Notes under the pieces: generated by a model
Databases searched by the model: none
Seen by the model: only the letters and a program-made list of their open reading frames with translations
What the model was told of the DNA's origin: nothing
Made by a program: the position numbers and the translations under genes
Source: Elusimicrobiota bacterium
GTDB lineage: Bacteria > Elusimicrobiota > Elusimicrobia > UBA1565 > UBA9628
Reading direction: 5' to 3'
Assembly (NCBI GenBank): GCA_003151975.1
Contig: PLZD01000067.1
Location: 1,143 to 65,142, forward strand
DNA length: 64,000 nucleotides
In this document: piece by piece, positions 20,024 to 27,813 of the stretch
How positions within the stretch are numbered: the stretch's first letter is position 1
How the letters are laid out: every line of letters starts with the position of its first letter

Positions 20024-22237
20024 ATGTCCAACGAAGAAACTGATTTGAAGCAGCAAGAGCACGCGGCCAAAGAGCACGCGGCCCAAGAGCCGGCGGCGCC
20101 CGCGGCTCAGACTCCGGCGGCTCCCGCCGAGACCGCTCGCGCCGAGGCTCACGCGCCTTCCGAGCCCGAAGTCCGCGAAGCGCCGGCGCCCTCCCGCGAG
20201 GACGAATTTCCGTCGGGGCCCGTCGCGCCCACGGAGGACGTTCCGCAGCCCGCCGATGAGCCGGAGGACGACGAAGAATCCGACGACGACGAGCCGGAAG
20301 CCGAAAACTCGGAGGCCTCCGCCGAGCCCGCCGCTTCGGCTCCCGCATCGCCGGTCCAAGACGGTCCGCCGCAGCAGCCCGGGACTCAGCCTCCGGCGCA
20401 ATCCGGTCAGAATCCAGGCCGTCAAGGACAGCAACCGGGCGGTCAGGGCGAGAAGGGCCGCGACGGCGGAAGGCGCCGACGCCGCGGTCGCGGCGGTCGC
20501 GGCGGCGAGGGCCGCCAGCAGCAAGGAGGACAGGGTGGTCAAAGCCAGCAGGGACAACCGAAAGGTCCCGACCGGAACAGCGGTCGGGGCGAGGGCGGCC
20601 AGCAAGGCGGCGAGCGCCGGGAAGGCGGCCGCTCAGGAGAGCATAAAGGCGAGCGCCGCGATGGGCGCGATGGACAGCATCGCGACCGCACCGGCCAAGG
20701 CCAGCACAAGACCGAGCGTTCGGCGCACCACGACCGCGGCGGCCGCGGCGAGCGCGGAAGCCACGAGCACGTGCACCGCGGCCCGGAGCGCAACCCGAAG
20801 AAGCCCGTCAAGCGCGAGATCCTCGCCAACACGGGCTTTGACGAGAGCCGGATTGCGATCATCGAGGACGGGCGTCTGGCCGAGCTTCTTTGGGAACGGC
20901 ACAGCGAAGCCTCGATCGTCGGCAACATCTACAAGGGCGTCGTCGAAAACGTTTTGCCCGGCATCTCGTCGGCCTTCGTCAACATCGGCTACGAGAAGAA
21001 CGCCTACCTTTACATCTCCGACGTACTCGGCGAGCGCGGAGCGCCCATCGACTCGACGCTCAAAAAGGGCCAGCACATCATGGTGCAGGTCGCCAAAGAG
21101 GCCATCAGCACGAAGGGCATGAAGGTCACGATGGACGTGTCCTTGCCCGGCCGCTACCTGGTCTTTACTCCGTTCCAAAACTACGTCGGGGTCTCCAAGC
21201 ACATCGAAGACGCCGGCGAACGCCAGCGGTTGTCGGGCATCGTCGACAAGCTCGTGGCCGACATCCTGGGCGGCAAGGGCGTGGTCGTGCGCACCGAGGC
21301 CGAGGGCGCCAGCGCCGAGGAGCTCGAGCGCGAGGTCAAGTATCTCCAGCAGACCTGGCAGAACATCCAGAAAAAATTCGAGAGCACGCCGCCGCCGACT
21401 CTGCTGCATAAAGATCTCGACCTCACCTTGCAGGTGGCGCGCGACATCCTCTCGGACCAGACCTATGTCTATCTCATCGACAACAAGGAAGCCTTCAAGA
21501 ACGTGGTCGAATTCATCAAGGGGATCTCTCCCGAGCTCGAGGACAAGGTCCGGTTTTACGAGGCGAAGACGCCGATCTTCAAAGCGTTTGATCTCGACGG
21601 AGTGCTCGAGGACATCCGCAAGACCAAGGTCCCGCTGCCCAACGGCGGCTCGATCATCATCCAAGAAGCCGAGTCGCTCTGCGCCATCGACGTCAACACG
21701 GGGCGCTTCACGGGCTCCAAATCGCAGGAGGAGACCGTCACGCAGACCAACATCGAGGCGGCCACCGAAGTCGCCCAGCAGCTGCGCCTGCGCAACATCG
21801 GCGGCATCATCGTCGTCGACTTTATCGACATGCGCAAGGCCTCCAATCGAAACAAGGTCATGGAAGCCTTCGCCCAGGCCTGCCGCAACGACCGCGCCAA
21901 GATCCGGATCCTGCCCATCACGCGTTTAGGTCTTATCGAGATGACGCGCGAGCGCAAGCGTCAGTCGACGATCAGCCTTTTGACCGACGAGTGCCCCGAG
22001 TGCCGGGGCGCCGGCCGCGTCTTGTCGGCCGAGACGATCCGCATCCGCATCCAGCGCGAGATTTTCGAACTCACGGGCGGCCGCCCGGGCGGCCAAGTGC
22101 GCCTGCTGCTGCACCCGCATTTGGCGGACGTCTTTAGGTCCCAGCAAGCTGTTATTGAAAAGAACGTACAGCGCTCGGTCAAGATCGCCTCGGACCCGCA
22201 AATCCCTTGGGAGGATTACCGCATCATACTCGAATGA
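20024..22237 (+). CDS. rng: ribonuclease E/G family protein with about 260-aa disordered N-terminal extension
   Basis: 737 aa. It has an S1 domain (IVGNIYKGVVENVLPGISSAFVNIGYEKNAYLYISDV), a catalytic region (AIDVNTGRFTG, GGIIVVDFIDM) and a Zn-link (CPECRGAGRV). The first roughly 260 aa are E/P/A/G/Q/R-rich. Confidence 0.92.
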   Translation: MSNEETDLKQQEHAAKEHAAQEPAAPAAQTPAAPAETARAEAHAPSEPEVREAPAPSREDEFPSGPVAPTEDVPQPADEPEDDEESDDDEPEAENSEASAEPAASAPASPVQDGPPQQPGTQPPAQSGQNPGRQGQQPGGQGEKGRDGGRRRRRGRGGRGGEGRQQQGGQGGQSQQGQPKGPDRNSGRGEGGQQGGERREGGRSGEHKGERRDGRDGQHRDRTGQGQHKTERSAHHDRGGRGERGSHEHVHRGPERNPKKPVKREILANTGFDESRIAIIEDGRLAELLWERHSEASIVGNIYKGVVENVLPGISSAFVNIGYEKNAYLYISDVLGERGAPIDSTLKKGQHIMVQVAKEAISTKGMKVTMDVSLPGRYLVFTPFQNYVGVSKHIEDAGERQRLSGIVDKLVADILGGKGVVVRTEAEGASAEELEREVKYLQQTWQNIQKKFESTPPPTLLHKDLDLTLQVARDILSDQTYVYLIDNKEAFKNVVEFIKGISPELEDKVRFYEAKTPIFKAFDLDGVLEDIRKTKVPLPNGGSIIIQEAESLCAIDVNTGRFTGSKSQEETVTQTNIEAATEVAQQLRLRNIGGIIVVDFIDMRKASNRNKVMEAFAQACRNDRAKIRILPITRLGLIEMTRERKRQSTISLLTDECPECRGAGRVLSAETIRIRIQREIFELTGGRPGGQVRLLLHPHLADVFRSQQAVIEKNVQRSVKIASDPQIPWEDYRIILE

Positions 22238-23811
22238 GGATGAGCGCTCTCTTGCTGTCATTGGCGCTGTCGGCTCCGCTCGCCGCGGAGGAGATCGGCG
22301 TCTCCGTCGGGGGGAAAGCCCGCGACGCCGTCGAATCCTACAAGGTGGGCTCGACTTATTACTTGAGCGCCCAACAGGCCGCCGCCATCTACGGCTGCCA
22401 AGTCTACTGGTATCCCGTCTCGGGGCGCCTGCAGATGAGCGCGCGCGGCAAGTCCCTGCAGTTCCTGGTCGGCTCCGACGAGGTTTCGGGTTTAACTGAG
22501 CCCGTGAAGCTCGACGCCGCGGTCATGCTGCGCACGTCGCACGCCTTCATCCCGATGACCTTCTTCCTCTCGGAGGAGTTCTCGGCGTTTGCCGGGGTGG
22601 AGAGCGTCTTCAATGCGCGCACGAAATTCCTGAGCGTCGAGCGCAGAAGCACGGTGGGCTCGGTGCGCTGGTTCTCCTACAACGACGCCACGCGCCTGAC
22701 CGTCGAGCTCGACAAGAGCCTCTCCTACAAAAGCACTTCGCGCGGCGTGGGCGGCGTCGAATTCGTCTTTCCGTTCGGCAGCATCGCGTCCAACGAGAAC
22801 GCCCAGATCGAAGACGGGATCTTGGGCTACTACGCCTTAAACCAGCGCTCCAACGCCGTAGCACTCGCGGTGAAGCTCGAGGATTCCAAGGTCCATTGGC
22901 GCGTCAAGGAGGTCGCCGAGCCGCGGCGTCTCGTGATCGATTTCTATCGCGGCGAGCTTCCATCCTTGCCGGCCGTCGAGACTCATCCCGTCGCCGCGCC
23001 CACCGTCGTAGCACCCGCGCCCAAAAAAGAAGAGGAGGAGGCGCAGTCCGCTCCTGAGACTGCGGCCCCGACTTCCCCGTCCCAGGGTCCGGTGATCGTG
23101 GGGGGAAAGGACGACAAGGTCAGGCGCCGCATCGTCGTCGACGCCGGGCACGGCGGGAAGGACCCGGGCGCGTCGGGCTACCACGGCACCGCGGAGAAGG
23201 ATTTTAACCTGCTCGCGGCCCAGGAACTCGCGAAGCTCCTCGCCCAGGAGAAAACCTTCGAGGTCATGCTGACCCGCAACGACGACACTTTCGTGCCGCT
23301 GGCCGACCGCTCGCGGCTGGCCAACGAGTTCGGCGCCGACCTGTTCATCTCCCTGCACTGCAACGCGTCCAGAAAACGCCAGGATGAGGGTTTCGAAGTG
23401 TACTTTCAGAGCGAGACGTCCTCCGACCCCGAGGCGCAGAAGGTCGCCGACCTCGAGAACTCCTCCATCGAACTCGAGGGCAAGACGACCCAAGACGCGC
23501 AGGCGGAGATGATCCTCGGAGAGCTCTCCAAAACGGAGTTCATCAACGCCTCCTCCGAATGGGCGGCCTTGCTCGCGCGCGACATCGGCAAGCGCGTCGA
23601 CGTGGAAAACCACGGCGTCAAGCAGGCGGGCTTCTACGTGCTGCGCGGCACGCACGCGCCCGCGGTGCTCTTCGAGATGGCCTACATCACGAACAAGTCC
23701 GACGAGGCCAAACTTGAGTCCAAGAAAATCCGGCGCAAGATCGTCGACGGCGTCTACGCGGGGATACTCGATTACGCCAAGCGCGAGGGTTGGATGGCGA
23801 GGCCAGACTAA
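22234..23811 (+). CDS. N-acetylmuramoyl-L-alanine amidase (AMIN + Amidase_3 type)
   Basis: The start MRMSALLLSLALSAPLAAEE (signal peptide) sits in an ATGA overlap with the rng stop. An AMIN-like N-terminal domain is followed by the amidase core (RIVVDAGHGGKDPGASG, ISLHCNAS, VLFEMAYITN). Confidence 0.9.
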   Translation: MRMSALLLSLALSAPLAAEEIGVSVGGKARDAVESYKVGSTYYLSAQQAAAIYGCQVYWYPVSGRLQMSARGKSLQFLVGSDEVSGLTEPVKLDAAVMLRTSHAFIPMTFFLSEEFSAFAGVESVFNARTKFLSVERRSTVGSVRWFSYNDATRLTVELDKSLSYKSTSRGVGGVEFVFPFGSIASNENAQIEDGILGYYALNQRSNAVALAVKLEDSKVHWRVKEVAEPRRLVIDFYRGELPSLPAVETHPVAAPTVVAPAPKKEEEEAQSAPETAAPTSPSQGPVIVGGKDDKVRRRIVVDAGHGGKDPGASGYHGTAEKDFNLLAAQELAKLLAQEKTFEVMLTRNDDTFVPLADRSRLANEFGADLFISLHCNASRKRQDEGFEVYFQSETSSDPEAQKVADLENSSIELEGKTTQDAQAEMILGELSKTEFINASSEWAALLARDIGKRVDVENHGVKQAGFYVLRGTHAPAVLFEMAYITNKSDEAKLESKKIRRKIVDGVYAGILDYAKREGWMARPD

Positions 23812-23812
23812 A

Positions 23813-24616
23813 ATGAAGAAAAGCCAACGCCCTATCGGCGTTTTCGACTCCGGCATCGGGGGCTTGACCGTACTCTCGGCGCTGGCGCGCCGCATGCCCA
23901 ACGAGCACCTGATTTATTTCGGAGACACGGCGCACGTTCCTTACGGTTCAAAATCCAAGGAGGCCGTGACGCGATTCTCGCTGGCCATCGCGCGCTTCTT
24001 GGAATCCAAGGGCATCAAGCTGCTCGTCGTGGCCTGCAACACCTCATCGGCCCTGGCCTTGCGCGAATTGAAGAGCGCGTTGAAAATCCCGGTTTTGGGC
24101 GTCATCGAGCCCGGCGCGCGCGCGGCGGCCGCCGCGACGCGCAACGGGAGAGTCGCGGTCATCGGCACCGAGGCGACCGTCCGCTCCGGCGCTTATGTCG
24201 CCGCGCTCAAGAAGAAGCGCCCCGGCATCCACGCGAAGGCACTGGCCTGCCCGCTCTTCGTGCCGCTTGTGGAGGAGGGTTGGTGGGGCCATCGCGTGAC
24301 CTCGGAGGTCGCCAAGGATTACCTCAAGCCCTTGCGCGGTTCGGGGATCGACGCGCTGATCCTTGGCTGCACGCATTACCCGCTTTTGAAGAAGACGATC
24401 TCCAGGGTCGTGGGCCCTAAAGTTCGGCTCATTGATTCGGCCGAGCAGACGGCCGTCGAGACCGAGGAACTGCTCGACGAGATGGGGCTCAAGCGCCGCG
24501 GCGGTCCCGGGAGACGCGAGTTCTACGCCTCGGACGCTCCGAAGCGCTTCTTGAGGATCGCCCGTCTGTTGGGCGTGAAGGCAAAATCGGTCAAGCTGCA
24601 CCCATTTGACGCATGA
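23813..24616 (+). CDS. murI: glutamate racemase
   Basis: ATG 23813 lies 1 nt after the amidase stop and gives MKKSQRPIGVFDSGIGGLTV. The catalytic Cys contexts VVACNTSSA and LGCTHYPLL are present. The track start at 23714 lies inside the amidase gene. Confidence 0.94.
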   Translation: MKKSQRPIGVFDSGIGGLTVLSALARRMPNEHLIYFGDTAHVPYGSKSKEAVTRFSLAIARFLESKGIKLLVVACNTSSALALRELKSALKIPVLGVIEPGARAAAAATRNGRVAVIGTEATVRSGAYVAALKKKRPGIHAKALACPLFVPLVEEGWWGHRVTSEVAKDYLKPLRGSGIDALILGCTHYPLLKKTISRVVGPKVRLIDSAEQTAVETEELLDEMGLKRRGGPGRREFYASDAPKRFLRIARLLGVKAKSVKLHPFDA

Positions 24617-25197
24617 AAGAATACGCGAAGCTCGTAGGTCTTGCGAAATCCGCCGTCGACAACGGCTTCTCGCGCGTGGGCAAGTCGCTCGACAAGGGCA
24701 GCCCCGTCGACGAGGCGCTGATGCTGCTGTCGGCGCGCGCCGTCGCGGTCGGCAACGCGATCGTCGTGCTGGCGCAAGAGTCGCTGTCCAACGAAGCCTT
24801 GCCGCTCTTGCGCTCGCTCTTTGAACTTGCGGCCGCTATGCGCTGGCTCGTCGCGGAGGACCGCGAGAAGCGCGCGCGGGAAGTGCTCGCCGAGGCGCGC
24901 GCCTCCGATTGGGAGATGCTGTGGAAGACTTCCCGACTCAAAGAGCGGCTGCCGCTGCTTGAGTTGGCCGACGGCGACGCGCGGCGCGCGCTTGGGTTAT
25001 GCGTGGATTTCATGTGCGCCAACACGCAAGGCCTGCCGTGGGGGCACGTTTTTGAAGGGAACAAGGAGACCGGAGTAACGTCGGCCGAGCTCTTGAGGCT
25101 CGCGGCGATCGCCTCCGGTCATGTGGTCAAAGCTTTGGACGCGCGGTGGCCAGGGAAGTTCGAGGGCGCCGAACAACTGTGGGAGAAGGCAAAATGA
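24613..25197 (+). CDS. hypothetical protein (helical, no recognisable motif)
   Basis: 194 aa with ATGA overlaps at both ends (to murI and to rho). Its codon usage matches its neighbours. No signal peptide or TM was seen. Confidence 0.6.
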   Translation: MKEYAKLVGLAKSAVDNGFSRVGKSLDKGSPVDEALMLLSARAVAVGNAIVVLAQESLSNEALPLLRSLFELAAAMRWLVAEDREKRAREVLAEARASDWEMLWKTSRLKERLPLLELADGDARRALGLCVDFMCANTQGLPWGHVFEGNKETGVTSAELLRLAAIASGHVVKALDARWPGKFEGAEQLWEKAK

Positions 25198-26342
25198 TGA
25201 GCGACGACAGAAGGGGCGGGCAAGGCGGTCAGGGCGGCGGAGGCGGCGGCCAGGGCGGGCAAGGCGGCGGATCCGGTGGATCCGGCGGGTCCGGCGGGTC
25301 CGGCCAGCATCACAACCGCGGCGGGCGCAACCGTCACCGGCACCACCGCGGCGGCCAAGGCGGCGGCCAGCAAGGCGGCGGCCAGCAGGGCGGCGGCCAG
25401 CACTTCAATCGCCCTCCCCAGCACAACCAGGGCAACCGCAGCAATCCCTCGCCCGCGCGCGCCTCGTCCAACGTCGTCAGCGACATCGAACGCGCCTACA
25501 ACGCCAAGACCCCGATCGATCCCAAGGAGTGGATCCAGCTGGAAAAAGGCAGCACGGAAATCTCGATGCGCGCCATGGACCTGCTCTGCCCGATCGGCCG
25601 CGGCACGCGCGGCCTCATCGTCGCGCCCCCAAAGGCCGGCAAAACGACCTTCCTCAAGCAGATCTCGAACGCCGTCCACGGCTTCGACCCGAAGATCAAG
25701 CAGTACTGCCTGCTCATCGACGAGCGCCCCGAGGAGGTCACGGATTTTAAGCGTTCGGTGCCCGCCGAGGTCTTCGCCTCCTCCTCCGACCAGAGCTACG
25801 AGAAGCACATCACGGTCGCCAACGAGCTCATCAAGCTCGCCGTCGAGCAGGCCAGCACCGGGCAGGACGTGTTCATACTGCTGGATTCCCTGACGCGGTT
25901 GGCCCGCGTGCACAACCAGTTCGCCACGGGCAATCGCACGATGACCGGCGGCTTGGATTCGCGCGCGATGGAAGTTCCGCGCCGATTTTTTGGCGCCGCG
26001 CGCAAGCTCGAGGAGGGAGGGTCTCTCACCATCTTGGCGACCATACTCGTCGACACCGGCTCGCGCATGGACGAGGTCATCTTCCAGGAGTTCAAGGGCA
26101 CTGGCAACATGGAACTCGTGCTCTCGCGTCAGGCCGCCGACATGCGCATCTTTCCGGCGATGAAGGTGCGCGAGTCGGGCACGCGCAAGGAAGAAAAGCT
26201 CCTGCCGCCCGCGATCATCGAGGGCGTCTGGAAGCTGCGCCGGGCTCTGGCCGACAAGGGCGACATCGACGCGTTGAAGTCCCTCGTCGAGGCCCTGCGC
26301 GTGCACAAGACCAACCACGCCTTCCTCGCGGCTCTCAAGTAA
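25194..26342 (+). CDS. rho: transcription termination factor Rho, atypical: G/Q/S/R/H-rich N-terminus instead of canonical N-terminal RNA-binding domain
   Basis: 382 aa from the ATG in the ATGA overlap. The ATPase core is clear ([64 protein letters not shown]). The first roughly 95 aa are low complexity ([30 protein letters not shown]...). Confidence 0.9.
   Translation: [382 protein letters not shown]
25269..25304 (+). repeat. 9-nt tandem repeat x4 (GGATCCGGT-like; encodes GSG units) inside the rho low-complexity region
   Basis: The four consecutive units ggatccggt ggatccggc gggtccggc gggtccggc were read directly from the sequence. Confidence 0.85.
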
Positions 26343-26719
26343 TGAAGAAGGCGATCGCGACTCAGAACGCGCCGCAGGCGATCGGGCCTTACTCGCAGGC
26401 CATCGAGTCCGGCGGCTTTGTGTTCGCGTCTGGGCAGATTCCGCTCGATGCTTCAGGAAAGATGGTGGAAGGCGGGGTGCGCGAGCAGACCGAGCGGGTC
26501 CTGTGCAACCTCGCCGCGATCCTGGCGCAAGCGGGATTGGGCCTGGAGCACGTCGTCAAGACGACCGTCTTCATGACAAACCTAGGTGAGTTCGCCGCGA
26601 TGAACGAGGTCTACGCGAAGCATTTTGCGGCGCCGCATCCAGCGCGAGCGACCGTGCAGGTGGCGGCGCTTCCCAAAGGCGCCGCCGTCGAGATCGAGGC
26701 GGTCGCCTCCAGAGCGTGA
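26342..26719 (+). CDS. ridA: RidA/YjgF family reactive-intermediate deaminase
   Basis: 125 aa with APQAIGPYSQAIESGGFVFASGQIPLD and ARATVQVAALPKGAAVEIEA. It has a TAATG overlap with rho. Confidence 0.92.
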   Translation: MKKAIATQNAPQAIGPYSQAIESGGFVFASGQIPLDASGKMVEGGVREQTERVLCNLAAILAQAGLGLEHVVKTTVFMTNLGEFAAMNEVYAKHFAAPHPARATVQVAALPKGAAVEIEAVASRA

Positions 26720-27813
26720 TCCCAATGAAAAGAATCGCTTGTCTGCTCGTCTTGCTGGGCGCGGTCGGACCACTGCGCGCCGAAGAGCCGAAGAAGGCCT
26801 TTATTTTCGTGGTTTCCGCGGGCGCCGGATCGCAGATTTTTCCGCCGAGCGAACTGGAACGCCGGCGTGACGCGGAAAAGAATTACTACGAGGCGCAAGG
26901 CTACAAGGTCGAGGTCGCGCCCGCCACGCAGGACGCTGTGTTCGACGCGATCGCCTCCGGTGCTTCCGCGATTTCGTATCTCGGCCCCGCGGCAGAAGGC
27001 GCCCTCGAGCCGACGTTGTTGGGCCTCAACGCCCGCGTTTGGAAGGGTGCGGCCGCAGTTTATTATTCGATGAAGCACGCCGACGTGCCTAAGAACCTCG
27101 GCCTGCAAGTCCTGCGTAATTTCTCGTGTCGCAGTCTCTGGGACAACAACCTCGCGGAGCTTTTCGTGCGGCCCGGCGGCCATTACTTCGGGGCCAAGAG
27201 CGACCTCGCCCACGATCCTTCCTACGAGAAGCTGGCGGGTGTCGTCGAAGGCTGCACGCAAGGCGGCGACTGCCGCTGCGCGACCGTGGGTCTATACTCG
27301 GCCGGCGATCTCAGGGATTACGAACTGCCTCGCCGCAAAGCGGAAACCGCGGCCGTTGCTTCCGCGGCGCCGTCTGTCCCCGTGATGCCGGCCGCGCTCG
27401 CGCCCGCAGCACTGCCGGCGGTGGCAGTACCGCAGGCGGCGGTGCCGCAGGCGGCGGTGCCGCAGGCGGCATCGCCGGCGCTGCCGCCGGGCCCGCTGTC
27501 GGGGACTTGGTACATTTCGCCCACCGGCACCATCGTGATCGACCAGCGCGGCGAGCAGGTCAGCTGGGTGCTGACGGTTCCCGACCGCAGCGTGCGCCAC
27601 GAGGGCCACGGCACTTTTTCCAACTCGATGCTCAACGGCGCCTTTGAGGACGCCGAGGACCCCACCGGCCTGCGCGCCGGCGAGTTCAAGGGTTTCCAGC
27701 TGACCTCCGAGGGCAAGCTTTGCGGCCAGGTGCGCTGGTGGAACAAGATTGATGCGGCGCGCGGCTCAGGGATGGGTTTCGACTGTTACTCGCGGCAGCC
27801 GCTTAAGAAGTAA
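26716..27813 (+). CDS. secreted hypothetical protein, two domains joined by an A/P-rich repeat linker
   Basis: 365 aa with a GTG start in a GTGA overlap with ridA (alternative ATG at 26725, MKRIACLLVLLGAVGPLRAEE, which is a signal peptide). The C-terminal domain is Cys-containing. No family was recognised. Confidence 0.65.
   Translation: MIPMKRIACLLVLLGAVGPLRAEEPKKAFIFVVSAGAGSQIFPPSELERRRDAEKNYYEAQGYKVEVAPATQDAVFDAIASGASAISYLGPAAEGALEPTLLGLNARVWKGAAAVYYSMKHADVPKNLGLQVLRNFSCRSLWDNNLAELFVRPGGHYFGAKSDLAHDPSYEKLAGVVEGCTQGGDCRCATVGLYSAGDLRDYELPRRKAETAAVASAAPSVPVMPAALAPAALPAVAVPQAAVPQAAVPQAASPALPPGPLSGTWYISPTGTIVIDQRGEQVSWVLTVPDRSVRHEGHGTFSNSMLNGAFEDAEDPTGLRAGEFKGFQLTSEGKLCGQVRWWNKIDAARGSGMGFDCYSRQPLKK
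27424..27480 (+). repeat. 15-nt tandem repeat, about 3.5 copies (encodes AVPQA units)
   Basis: The units gcagtaccgcaggcg gcggtgccgcaggcg gcggtgccgcaggcg gcatcgccggcg were read directly from the sequence. Confidence 0.85.

Noticed and set aside
24613-25197. Orphan ORF as an AbiV/DUF5677-like abortive-infection protein
   Set aside because: I had only a vague impression from its helical composition and could name no defining motif. Its position inside a housekeeping operon argues against a defence island.
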